Positions 50,670 to 64,000 of a DNA stretch of 64,000 nt are shown here, one piece after another (position 1 is the first letter of the stretch; each line of letters begins with the position of its first letter). The DNA comes from Eledone cirrhosa. Its lineage: Eukaryota. The position numbers and the translations under genes are program-made. Below the pieces are notes generated by a model. It did no database searches. It was not told the origin of the DNA and worked only from the letters and a program-made list of their open reading frames with translations. The stretch is from the NCBI GenBank assembly GCA_964016885.1, contig OZ024744.1:103974001-104038000 (forward strand), read 5' to 3'.

Positions 50670-53600
50670 CATGTCCACCTATACTAGTGTCATGTCCACC
50701 TATACTAGTGTCCATGTCCAGCTAAACTAGTGTCATGTCCACCTATACTAGTGTCATGTCCAGCTATACTAGTGTCATGTCCAGCTATACTAGTGTCATG
50801 TCCAGCTGTACTAGTGTCATGTCCACCTATACTAGTGTCATGTCCAGCTATAACTAGTGTCATGTCCAGCTATACTAGTGTCATGTCCAGCTATACTAGT
50901 GTCATCTCCACCTATACTTGTGTCATGTCCACCTATACTAGTGTTCATGTCCAGCTAAACTAGTGTCATGTCCACCTATACTAGTGTCATGTCCACCTAT
51001 ACTAGTGTCATGTCCAGCTATACTAGTGTCATGTCCAGCTGTACTAGTGTCATGTCCACCTATACTAGTGTCATGTCCACCTATAATAGTGTCATGTCCA
51101 GCTATACTAGTGTCATGTACAGCTATACTAGTGTCATGTCCACCTATACTAGTGTCATGTCCACTTATACTAGTGTCATGTCCACCTATACTAGTGTCAT
51201 GTCCAGCTATACTACTGTCATGTCCACCTATACTAGTGTCATGTCCAGCTATACTAGTGTCATGTCCACCTATAGTAGTGTCATGTCCAGCTATACTAGT
51301 GTCATGTCCAGCTATACTAGTGTCATGTCCACCTATACTAGTGTCATGTCCACCTATACTAGTGTCATGTCCAGTTATACTAGTGTCATGTCCACCTATA
51401 CTAGTGTCATGTCCAGCTATACTAGTGTCATGTCCACCTATACTAGTGTCATGTCCACCTATACTAGTGTCATGTCCAACTATACTAGTGTCATGTCCAC
51501 CTATACTAGTGTCAAGTCCACTTATACTAGTGTCATGTCCAGCTATACTAGTGTCATGTCCAGCTGTACTAGTGTCATGTCCACCTATAGTAGTGTCATG
51601 TCCAGCTATACTAGTGTCATGTCCAGCTATACTAGTGTCATGTCCAGCTATACTAGTGTCATGTCCACCTATACTAGTGTCATGTACAGCTATACTAGTG
51701 TCATGTCCACCTATACTATTGTCATGTCCACCTATACTAGTGTCATGTCCAGCTATAGTAGTGTCATGTCCAGCTGTACTAGTGTCATGTCCACCTGTAC
51801 TAGTGTCATGTCCAGCTATACTAGTGTCATGTCCAGCTATACTAGTGTCATGTCCACCTATACTAGTGTGATGTCCACCTATACTAGTGTCATGTCCAGC
51901 TATACTAGTGTCATGTCCACTTATACTAGTGTCATGTCCACCTATACTAGTGTCATGTCCACCTATACTAGTGTCATGTCCAGCTATAACTAGTGTCATG
52001 TCCACCTATACTAGTGTCATGTCCACCTATACAAGTGTCATGTCCACCTATACTAGTGTCATGTCCACCTATACTAGTGTCATGTCCACCTATACAAGTG
52101 TCATGTGCACCTATACTAGTGTCATGTCCACCTATACTAGTGTCATGTCCAGCTATAACTAGTGTCATGTCCACCTATACTAGTGTCATGTCCACCTATA
52201 CAAGTGTCATGTCCACCTATACAAGTGTCATGTCCACCTATACTAGTGTCATGTCCAGCTATACTAGTGTCATGTCCACCTATACTAGTGTCATGTCCAG
52301 CTATACTAGTGTCATGTCCAGCTATAGTAGTGTCATGTCCAGCTATAGTAGTGTCATGTCCAGCTATACTAGTGTCATGTCCAGCTATAGTAGTGTCATG
52401 TCCAGCTATACTAGTGTCATGTCCACTTATACTAGTATCATGTCCACCTATACTAGTGTCATGTCCAGCTATACTAGTGTCATGTCCAGCTATACTAGTG
52501 TCATGTCCACCTATACTAGTGTCATGTCCAGCTATACTAGTGTCATGTCCACCTATACTAGTGTCATGTCCACCTATAGTAGTGTCATGTCCAGCTATAC
52601 TAGTGTCATGTCCACCTATACTAGTGTCATGTCCAGCTATACTAGTGTCATGTCCACCTATACTAGTGTCATGTCCAGCTATACTAGTGTCATGTCCAGC
52701 TATACTAGTGTCATGTCCAGCTATACCAGTGTCATGTCCACCTATACTAGTGTCATGTCCAGCTATACTAGTGTCATGTCCACCTATACTAGTGTCATGT
52801 CCAGCTATACTATTGTCATGTCCAGCTATACTAGTGTCATGTCCACCTATACTAGTGTCAAGTCCACTTATACTAGTGTCATGTCCAGCTATACTAGTGT
52901 CATGTCCAGCTGTACTAGTGTCATGTCCACCTATAGTAGTGTCATGTCCAGCTATACTAGTGTCATGTCCACCTATACTAGTGTCATGTCCAGCTATACT
53001 AGTGTCATGTCCACCTATACTAGTGTCATGTCCAGCTATACTAGTGTCATGTCCAGCTATACCAGTGTCATGTCCACCTATACTAGTGTCATGTCCAGCT
53101 ATACTAGTGTCATGTCCAGCTATACTAGTGTCATGTCCACCTATACTAGTGTCATGTCCAGCTATACTAGTGTCATGTCCACCTATACTAGTGTCATGTC
53201 CACCTATAGTAGTGTCATGTCCAGCTATACAGTGTCATGTCCAGCTATACTAGTGTCATGTCCAGCTATACCAGTGTCATGTCCACCTATACTAGTGTCA
53301 TGTCCAGCTATACTAGTGTCATGTCCACCTATACTAGTGTCATGTCCAGCTATACTAGTGTCATGTCCACCTATAGTAGTGTCATGTCCACCTATACTAG
53401 TGTCATGTCCAGCTATAGTAGTGTCATGTCCAGCTATACTAGTGTCATGTCCACCTATACTAGTGTCATGTCCAGCTATACTAGTGTCATGTCCAGCTAT
53501 ACTAGTGTCATGTCCACCTATACTAGTGTCATGTCCAGCTATACCAGTGTCATGTCCAGCTATACTAGTGTCATGTCCACCTATACTAGTGTCATGTCCA

Positions 53601-56600
53601 GCTATACTAGTGTCATGTCCACCTATACCAGTGTCATGTCCACCTATACTAGTGTCATGTCCAGCTATACTAGTGTCATGTCCACCTATACTATTGTCAT
53701 GTCCACCTATACTAGTGTCATGTCCACCTATACTAGTGTCATGTCCAGCTATAGTAGTGTCATGTCCAGCTATACTAGTGTCATGTCCACCTATACTAGT
53801 GTCATGTCCAGCTATACTAGTGTCATGTCCACCTATACTAGTGTCATGTCCACCTATAGTAGTGTCATGTCCAGCTATGCAGTGTCATGTCCAGCTATAC
53901 TAGTGTCATGTCCAGCTATACCAGTGTCATGTCCACCTATACTAGTGTCATGTCCAGCTATACTAGTGTCATGTCCACCTATACTAGTGTCATGTCCACC
54001 TATAGTAGTGTCATGTCCAGCTATACTAGTGTCATGTCCAGCTATACTAGTGTCATGTCCAGCTATACTACTGTTATGTCCACCTATACTAGTGTCATGT
54101 CCAGCTATACTAGTGTCATGTCCACCTATACTATTGTCATGTCCACCTATACTATTGTCATGTCCAGCTATACTATTGTCATGTCCAGCTATACTAGTGT
54201 CATGTCCACCTATACTACTGTCATGTCCAGCTATACTATTGTCATGTCCAGCTATACTAGTGTCATGTCCACCTATACTAGTGTCATGTCCAGCTATACT
54301 AGTGTCATGTCCACCTATACTATTGTCATGTCCACCTATACTATTGTCATGTCCAGCTATACTATTGTCATGTCCAGCTATACTAGTGTCATGTCCACCT
54401 ATACTAGTGTCAAGTCCACTTATACTAGTGTCATGTCCAGCTATACTAGTGTCATGTCCAGCTGTACTAGTGTCATGTCCACCTATAGTAGTGTCATGTC
54501 CAGCTATACTAGTGTCATGTCCAGCTATACTAGTGTCATGTCCAGCTATACTAGTGTCATGTCCACCTATACTAGTGTCATGTACAGCTATACTAGTGTC
54601 ATGTCCACCTATACTATTGTCATGTCCAGCTATACTAGTGTCATGTCCAGCTATACTAGTGTCATGTCCACCTGTACTAGTGTCATGTCCAGCTATACTA
54701 GTGTCATGTCCAGCTATACTAGTGTCATGTCCACCTATACTAGTGTGATGTCCACCTATACTAGTGTCATGTCCAGCTATACTAGTGTCATGTCCACTTA
54801 TACTAGTGTCATGTCCACCTATACTAGTGTCATGTCCACCTATACTAGTGTCATGTCCAGCTATAACTAGTGTCATGTCCACCTATACTAGTGTCATGTC
54901 CACCTATACAAGTGTCATGTCCACCTATACTAGTGTCATGTCCACCTATAATAGTGTCATGTCCACCTATACAAGTGTCATGTCCACCTATACTAGTGTC
55001 ATGTCCAGCTATACTAGTGTCATGTCCACCTATACTAGTGTCATGTCCAGCTATACTAGTGTCATGTCCAGCTATAGTAGTGTCATGTCCAGCTATAGTA
55101 GTGTCATGTCCAGCTATACTAGTGTCATGTCCAGCTATAGTAGTGTCATGTCCAGCTATACTAGTGTCATGTCCACTTATACTAGTATCATGTCCACCTA
55201 TACTAGTGTCATGTCCAGCTATACTAGTGTCATGTCCAGCTATACTAGTGTCATGTCCACCTATACTAGTGTCATGTCCAGCTATACTAGTGTCATGTCC
55301 ACCTATACTAGTGTCATGTCCACCTATAGTAGTGTCATGTCCAGCTATACTAGTGTCATGTCCACCTATACTAGTGTCATGTCCAGCTATACTAGTGTCA
55401 TGTCCAGCTATACTAGTGTCATGTCCAGCTATAGTAGTGTCATGTCCAGCTATACTAGTGTCATGTCCAGCTATAGTAGTCTCATGTCCAGCTATACTAG
55501 TGTCATGTCCACCTATACTAGTGTCATGTCCAGCTATACTAGTGTCATGTCCACCTATACTAGTGTCATGTCCAGCTATACTAGTGTCATGTCCAGCTAT
55601 AGTAGTGTCATGTCCACCTATAGTAGTGTCATGTCCAGCTATACTAGTGTCATGTCCAGCTATACTAGTGTCATGTCCACCTATACTAGGGTCATGTCCA
55701 GCTATAGTAGTGTCATGTCCAGCTATACTAGTGTCATGTCCACCTATAGTAGTGTCATGTCCAGCTATACTAGTGTCATGTCCAGCTGTACTAGTGTCGT
55801 GTCCAGCTATACTAGTGTCATGTCCAGCTATAGTAGTGTCATGTCCAGCTATACTAGTGTCATGTCCAGCTGTACTAGTGTCATGTCCAGCTATAGTAGT
55901 GTCATGTCCACCTATACTAGTGTCATGTCCAGCTATACTAGTGTCATCTCCAGCTATACTAGTGTCATGTCCACCTATAGTAGTGTCATGTCCAGCTATA
56001 ACTAGTGTCATGTCCACCTATACTAGTGTCATGTCCAGCTATACCAGTGTCATGTCCACCTATACTAGTGTCATGTCCACCTATACTAGTGTCATGTCCA
56101 GCTGTACTAGTGTCATGTCCAGCTATACTAGTGTCATGTCCACCTATACTAGTGTCATGTCCAGCTATACTAGTGTCATGTCCAGCTATACTAGTGTCAT
56201 GTCCAGCTGTACTAGTGTCATGTCCAGCTATAGTAGTGTCATGTCCACCTATACTAGTGTCATGTCCAGCTATACTAGTGTCATGTCCAGCTATACTAGT
56301 GTAATGTCCACCTATACTAGTGTCATGTCCAGCTATACTAGTGTCATGTCCACCTATACTAGTGTCATGTCCACCTATACTAGTGTCATGTCCAGCTATA
56401 CTAGTGTCATGTCCAGCTATACTAGTGTCATGTCCACCTATACTAGTGTCATGTCCAGCTATACCAGTGTCATGTCCACCTATACTAGTGTCATGTCCAC
56501 CTATACCAGTGTCATGTCCAGCTATACTAGTGTCATGTCCACCTATACTAGTGTCATGTCCAGCTATACTAGTGTCATGTCCACCTATACTAGTGTCATG

Positions 56601-59600
56601 TCCACCTATACTAGTGTCATGTCCAGCTATACTAGTGTCATGTCCACCTGTACTAGTGTCATGTCCAGCTATAACTAGTGTCATGTCCAGCTATACTAGT
56701 GTCATGTTCAGCTATACCAGTGTCATGTCCACCTATACTAGTGTCATGTCCAGCTATACTATTGTCATGTCCACCTATACTAGAGCCATGTCCACCTATA
56801 CTAGTGTCATGTCCAGCTATACTAGTGTCATGTCCACCTATACTAGTGTCATGTCCAGCTATACTAGTGTCATGTCCACCTATACTAGTGTCATGTCCAG
56901 CTATACTAGTGTCATGTCCAGCTATACTATTGTCATGTCCACCTATACTAGAGCCATGTCCACCTATACTAGTGTCATGTCCAGCTATACTAGTGTCATG
57001 TCCAGCTATACTAGTGTCATGTCCAGCTATACTAGTGTCATGTCCACCTATACTAGTGTCATGTCCAGCTATACTAGTGTCATGTCCACCTATACTAGTG
57101 TCATGTCCACCTATACTAGTGTCATGTCCACCTATACTAGTGTCATGTCCACCTATAGTAGTGTCATGTCCACCTATACTAGTGTCATGTCCACCTATAC
57201 TAGTGTCATATCCAGCTATACTAGTGTCATGTCCACCTATAGTAGTGTCATGTCCACCTATACTAGTGTCATGTCCAGCTATAGTAGTGTCATGTCCAGC
57301 TGTACTAGTGTCATGTCCAGCTATACTACTGTCATGTCCACCTATACTAGTGTCATGTCCACCTATACTAGTGTCATGTCCAGCTATACTAGTGTCATGT
57401 CCAGTTGTATTAGTGTCATCTCTACCTATACTAGTGTCATGTCCACCTATACTAGTGTCATGTCCACCTATACTAGTGTCATGTCCACCTATACTAGTGT
57501 CATGTCCAGCTATACTAGTGTCATGTCCACCTATACTAGTGTCATGTCCACCTATACTAGTGTCATGTCCAGCTATACTAGTGTCATGTCCAGTTATACT
57601 AGTGTCATGTCCAGCTATACTAGTGTCATGTCCACCTATACTAGTGTCATGTCCAGCTATACTAGTGTCATGTCCAGCTATACTAGTGTCATGTCCAGCT
57701 ATACTAGTGTCATGTCCACCTATACTAGTGTCATGTCCAGCTATACTAGTGTCATGTCCACCTATACTATTGTCATGTCCACCTATACTAGTGTCATGTC
57801 CAGCTATACTAGTGTTATGTCCAGCTATAGTAGTGTCATGTCCAGCCATACTAGTGTCATGTCCACCTATACTAGTGTCATGTCCAGCTATACTAGTGTC
57901 ATGTCCACCTATACTAGTGTCATGTCCACCTATAGTAGAGTCATGTCCAGCTATACTAGTGTCATGTCCAGCTATACTAGTGTCATGTCCAGCTATACCA
58001 GTGTCATGTCCACCTATACTAGTGTCATGTCCAGCTATACTAGTGTCATGTCCACCTATACTATTGTCATGTCCACCTATACTAGTGTCATGTCCACCTA
58101 TACTAGTGTCATGTCCAGCTATAGTAGTGTCATGTCCAGCTATACTAGTGTCATGTCCACCTATACTAGTGTCATGTCCAGCTATACTAGTGTCATGTCC
58201 ACCTATACTAGTGTCATGTCCACCTATAGTAGTGTCATGTCCAGCTATACTAGTGTCATGTCCAGCTATAGTAGTGTCATGTCCAGCTATACCAGTGTCA
58301 TGTCCACCTATACTAGTGTCATGTCCAGCTATACTAGTGTCATGTCCACCTATACTAGTGTCATGTCCACCTACAGTAGTGTCATGTCCAGCTATACTAG
58401 TGTCATGTCCAGCTATACTAGTGTCATGTCCAGCTATACTACTGTCATGTCCACCTATACTAGTGTCATGTCCAGCTATACTAGTGTCATGTCCACCTAT
58501 ACTATTGTCATGTCCACCTATACTATTGTCATGTCCAGCTATACTATTGTCATGTCCAGCTATACTAGTGTCATGTCCACCTATACTACTGTCATGTCCA
58601 GCTATACTATTGTCATGTCCAGCTATACTAGTGTCATGTCCACCTATACTAGTGTCATGTCCAGCTATACTAGTGTCATGTCCACCTATACTATTGTCAT
58701 GTCCACCTATACTATTGTCATGTCCAGCTATACTATTGTCATGTCCAGCTATACTAGTGTCATGTCCACCTATACTACTGTCATGTCCACCTATACTATT
58801 GTCATGTCCAGCTATACTAGTGTCATGTCCATCTATACTAGTGTCATGTCCAGCTATAATAGTGTCATGTCCACCTATACTATTGTCATGTCCACCTATA
58901 CTATTGTCATGTCCAGCTATACTATTGTCATGTCCAGCTATACTAGTGTCATGTCCACCTATACTACTGTCATGTCCACCTATACTATTGTCATGTCCAG
59001 CTATACTAGTGTCATGTCCACCAATACTACTGTCATGTCCAGCTATACTAGTGTCATGTCCACCTATACTATTGTCATGTCCAGCTATAACTAGTGTCAT
59101 GTCCACCTATACTAGTGTCATGTCCACCTATACTAGTGTCATGACCAGCTATACTAGTGTCATGTCCAGCTATACTACTGTCATGTCCAGCTATAACTAG
59201 TGTCATGTCCACCTATACTAGTGTCATGTCCATCTATACTATTGTCATGTCCAGCTATACTAGTGTCATGTCCAGCTATACTAGTGTCATGTCCAGCTAT
59301 ACTATGGTCATGTCCACCTATACTAGTGTCATGTCCACCTATACCAGTGTCATGTCCAGCTATACTAGTGTCATGTCCACCTATACTAGTGTCATGTCCA
59401 GCTATACTAGTGTCATGTCCACCTATACTAGTGTCATGTCCACCTATACTAGTGTCATGTCCAGCTATACTAGTGTCATGTCCAGCTGTACTAGTGTCAT
59501 GTCCAGCTATACTACTGTCATGTCCACCTATACTACTGTCATGTCCAGCTGTACTAGTGTCATGTCCACCTGTACTAGTGTCATGTCCAGCTATAACTAG

Positions 59601-62600
59601 TGTCATGTCCACCTATACTAGTGTCATGTCCAGCTGTACTAGTGTCATGTCCACCTATAGTAGTGTCATGTCCACCTATACTATTGTCATGTCCAGCTAT
59701 ACTAGTGTCATGTCCAGCTATACTAGTGTCATGTCCAGCTATACTAGTGTCATGTCCACCTATACTAGTGTCATGTCCAGCTATACTAGTGTCATGTCCA
59801 GCTATACTATTGTCATGTCCACCTATACTAGAGCCATGTCCACCTATACTAGTGTCATGTCCAGCTATACTAGTGTCATGTCCAGCTATACTAGTGTCAT
59901 GTCCAGCTATACTAGTGTCATGTCCACCTATACTAGTGTCATGTCCAGCTATACTAGTGTCATGTCCACCTATACTAGTGTCATGTCCACCTATACTAGT
60001 GTCATGTCCACCTATACTAGTGTCATGTCCACCTATAGTAGTGTCATGTCCACCTATACTAGTGTCATGTCCACCTATACTAGTGTCATGTCCAGCTATA
60101 CTAGTGTCATGTCCACCTATAGTAGTGTCATGTCCACCTATACTAGTGTCATGTCCAGCTATACTAGTGTCATGTCCAGCTGTACTAGTGTCATGTCCAG
60201 CTATACTACTGTCATGTCCACCTATACTAGTGTCATGTCCAGCTATAACTAGTGTCATGTCCACCTATAGTAGTGTCATGTCCAGCTGCATTAGTGCCAT
60301 GTCCACCTATACTAGTGTCATGTCCAGCTATACTAGTGTCATGTCCAGTTATACTAGTGTCATGTCCAGCTATACTAGTGTCATGTCCACCTATACTAGT
60401 GTCATGTCCAGCTATACTAGTGTCATGTCCAGCTATACTAGTGTCATGTCCACCTATAGTGTCATGTCCACCTATACTATTGTCATGTCCAGCTATACTA
60501 TTGTCATGTCCAGCTATACTAGTATCATGTCCACCTATACTATTGTCATGTCCACCTATACTATTGTCATGTCCAGCTATACTAGTGTCATGTCCAGCTA
60601 TAGTAGTGTCATGTCCAGCTATACTAGTGTCATGTCCACCTATACTAGTGTCATGTCCAGCTATACTAGTGTCATGTCCACCTATACTAGTGTCATGTCC
60701 ACCTATAGTAGTGTCATGTCCAGCTATACTAGTGTCATGTCCAGCTATAGTAGTGTCATGTCCAGCTATACCAGTGTCATGTCCACCTATACTAGTGTCA
60801 TGTCCAGCTATACTAGTGTCATGTCCACCTATACTAGTGTCATGTCCACCTATAGTAGTGTCATGTCCAGCTATACTAGTGTCATGTCCAGCTATACTAG
60901 TGTCATGTCCAGCTATACTACTGTCATGTCCACCTATACTAGTGTCATGTCCAGCTATACTAGTGTCATGTCCACCTATACTATTGTCATGTCCACCTAT
61001 ACTATTGTCATGTCCAGCTATACTATTGTCATGTCCAGCTATACTAGTGTCATGTCCACCTATACTACTGTCATGTCCAGCTATACTATTGTCATGTCCA
61101 GCTATACTAGTGTCATGTCCACCTATACTAGTGTCATGTCCAGCTATACTAGTGTCATGTCCACCTATACTATTGTCATGTCCACCTATACTATTGTCAT
61201 GTCCAGCTATACTATTGTCATGTCCAGCTATACTAGTGTCATGTCCACCTATACTACTGTCATGTCCACCTATACTATTGTCATGTCCAGCTATACTAGT
61301 GTCATGTCCACCTATACTAGTGTCATGTCCAGCTATACTAGTGTCATGTCCACCTATACTATTGTCATGTCCACCTATACTATTGTCATGTCCAGCTATA
61401 CTATTGTCATGTCCAGCTATACTAGTGTCATGTCCACCTATACTACTGTCATGTCCACCTATACTATTGTCATGTCCAGCTATACTAGTGTCATGTCCAC
61501 CAATACTAGTGTCATGTCCAGCTATACTAGTGTCATGTCCACCTATACTATTGTCATGTCCAGCTATAACTAGTGTCATGTCCACCTATACTAGTGTCAT
61601 GTCCACCTATACTAGTGTCATGACCAGCTATACTAGTGTCATGTCCAGCTATACTACTGTCATGTCCAGCTATAACTAGTGTCATGTCCACCTATACTAG
61701 TGTCATGTCCATCTATACTATTGTCATGTCCAGCTATACTAGTGTCATGTCCAGCTATACTAGTGTCATGTCCAGCTATACTATGGTCATGTCCACCTAT
61801 ACTAGTGTCATGTCCACCTATACCAGTGTCATGTCCAGCTATACTAGTGTCATGTCCACCTATACTAGTGTCATGTCCAGCTATACTAGTGTCATGTCCA
61901 CCTATACTAGTGTCATGTCCACCTATACTAGTGTCATGTCCAGCTATACTAGTGTCATGTCCAGCTGTACTAGTGTCATGTCCAGCTATACTACTGTCAT
62001 GTCCAGCTATACTAGTGTCATGTCCACCTATACTACTGTCATGTCCAGCTGTACTAGTGTCATGTCCACCTGTACTAGTGTCATGTCCAGCTATAACTAG
62101 TGTCATGTCCAGCTATACTAGTGTCATGTTCAGCTATACCAGTGTCATGTCCACCTATACTAGTGTCATGTCCAGCTATACTATTGTCATGTCCACCTAT
62201 ACTAGAGCCATGTCCACCTATACTAGTGTCATGTCCAGCTATACTAGTGTCATGTCCAGCTATACTAGTGTCATGTCCAGCTATACTAGTGTCATGTCCA
62301 CCTATACTAGTGTCATGTCCAGCTATACTAGTGTCATGTCCAGCTATACTATTGTCATGTCCACCTATACTAGAGCCATGTCCACCTATACTAGTGTCAT
62401 GTCCAGCTATACTAGTGTCATGTCCAGCTATACTAGTGTCATGTCCAGCTATACTAGTGTCATGTCCACCTATACTAGTGTCATGTCCAGCTATACTAGT
62501 GTCATGTCCACCTATACTAGTGTCATGTCCACCTATACTAGTGTCATGTCCACCTATACTAGTGTCATGTCCACCTATAGTAGTGTCATGTCCACCTATA

Positions 62601-64000
62601 CTAGTGTCATGTCCACCTATACTAGTGTCATGTCCAGCTATACTAGTGTCATGTCCACCTATAGTAGTGTCATGTCCACCTATACTAGTGTCATGTCCAG
62701 CTATACTAGTGTCATGTCCAGCTGTACTAGTGTCATGTCTACCTATACTAGTGTCATGTCCACCTGTACTAGTGTCATGTCCAGCTATAGTAGTGTCATG
62801 TCCAGCTGTACTAGTGTCATGTCGAGCTATACTAGTGTCATGTCCACCTATACTAGTGTCATGTCCAGCTATAACTAGTGTCATGTCCACCTATAGTAGT
62901 GTCATGTCCAGCTGTATTAGTGCCATGTCCACCTATACTAGTGTCATGTCCAGCTATAACTAGTGTCATGTCCACCTATAGTAGTGTCATGTCCAGCTGT
63001 ATTAGTGCCATGTCCACCTATACTAGTGTCATGTCCAGCTATACTAGTGTCATGTCCAGTTGTATTAGTGTCATCTCTACCTATACTAGTGTCATGTCCA
63101 CCTATACTAGTGTCATGTCCAGCTATACTAGTGTCATGTCCAGTTATACTAGTGTCATGTCCAGCTATACTAGTGTCATGTCCACCTATACTAGTGTCAT
63201 GTCCAGCTATACTAGTGTCATGTCCACCTATACTAGTGTCATGTCCAGCTATACTAGTGTCATGTCCACCTATACTAGTGTCATGTCCAGCTATACTAGT
63301 GTCATGTCCACCTATACTATTGTCATGTCCACCTATACTAGTGTCATGTCCAGCTATACTAGTGTCATGTCCAGCTATAGTAGTGTCATGTCCAGCTATA
63401 CTAGTGTCATGTCCACCTATACTAGTGTCATGTCCAGCTATACTAGTGTCATGTCCACCTATACTAGTGTCATGTCCACCTATAGTAGTGTCATGTCCAG
63501 CTATACTAGTGTCATGTCCAGCTATACTAGTGTCATGTCCAGCTATACCAGTGTCATGTCCACCTATACTAGTGTCAAGGTCCAGCTATACTAGTGTCAT
63601 GTCCACCTATACTATTGTCATGTCCACCTATACTAGTGTCATGTCCACCTATACTAGTGTCATGTCCAGCTATAGTAGTGTCATGTCCAGCTATACTAGT
63701 GTCATGTCCACCTATACTAGTGTCATGTCCAGCTATACTAGTGTCATGTCCACCTATACTAGTGTCATGTCCACCTATAGTAGTGTCATGTCCAGCTATA
63801 CTAGTGTCATGTCCAGCTATACTAGTGTCATGTCCAGCTATACCAGTGTCATGTCCACCTATACTAGTGTCATGTCCAGCTATACTAGTGTCATGTCCAC
63901 CTATACTAGTGTCATGTCCACCTATAGTAGTGTCATGTCCAGCTATACTAGTGTCATGTCCAGCTATACTAGTGTCATGTCCAGCTATACTACTGTCATG
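50670..64000. repeat. 21-bp minisatellite, >630 copies, running off the window (intron 5)
   Basis: Unit catgtcca(c/g)ctatactagtgt; starts 32 bp after the exon 5 donor. Confidence 0.99.

Noticed and set aside
50730-63594. Very long ORFs (SCPPILV, MSTYTSV, GHDTSI repeats)
   Set aside because: Translations of a 21-bp unit that lacks stops in several frames on both strands; frames switch at 1-bp indels; intronic position.

Overview
AT-rich eukaryotic (animal) genomic DNA. The SINE families, (TA)n/(CA)n microsatellites and intronic minisatellites suggest a cephalopod, probably Octopus; this is an inference. One protein-coding gene is supported: five + strand exons (20951-21262, 26627-26764, 29275-29493, 46735-46794, 50552-50637) with GT-AG ends and compatible phases, encoding the N-terminal part of an EF-hand + WD40 protein of the WDR49/EFCAB8/WDY-like (ciliary/sperm) family. 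The gene continues past the window. More than half of the window is tandem arrays (units of 104, 68, 36, 11, 50, 20, 34, 59-60 and 21 bp); the long repetitive ORFs in the track are artefacts of these. The rest is decayed mobile DNA: RTE LINEs, CRE-like non-LTR retrotransposons with a restriction-like endonuclease, two hAT transposons (one with TIRs and an 8-bp TSD), an LTR-like insertion, a Helitron-like element, MITEs and two tRNA-SINE families. The most notable observations are: (1) four type I hammerhead ribozyme motifs with palindromic (dimer-type) stem III in short (TA)n-bounded, palindrome-rich modules, two of them forming the arms of a near-perfect 360-bp palindrome; (2) two minisatellites that visibly arose from the adjacent transposon sequence.
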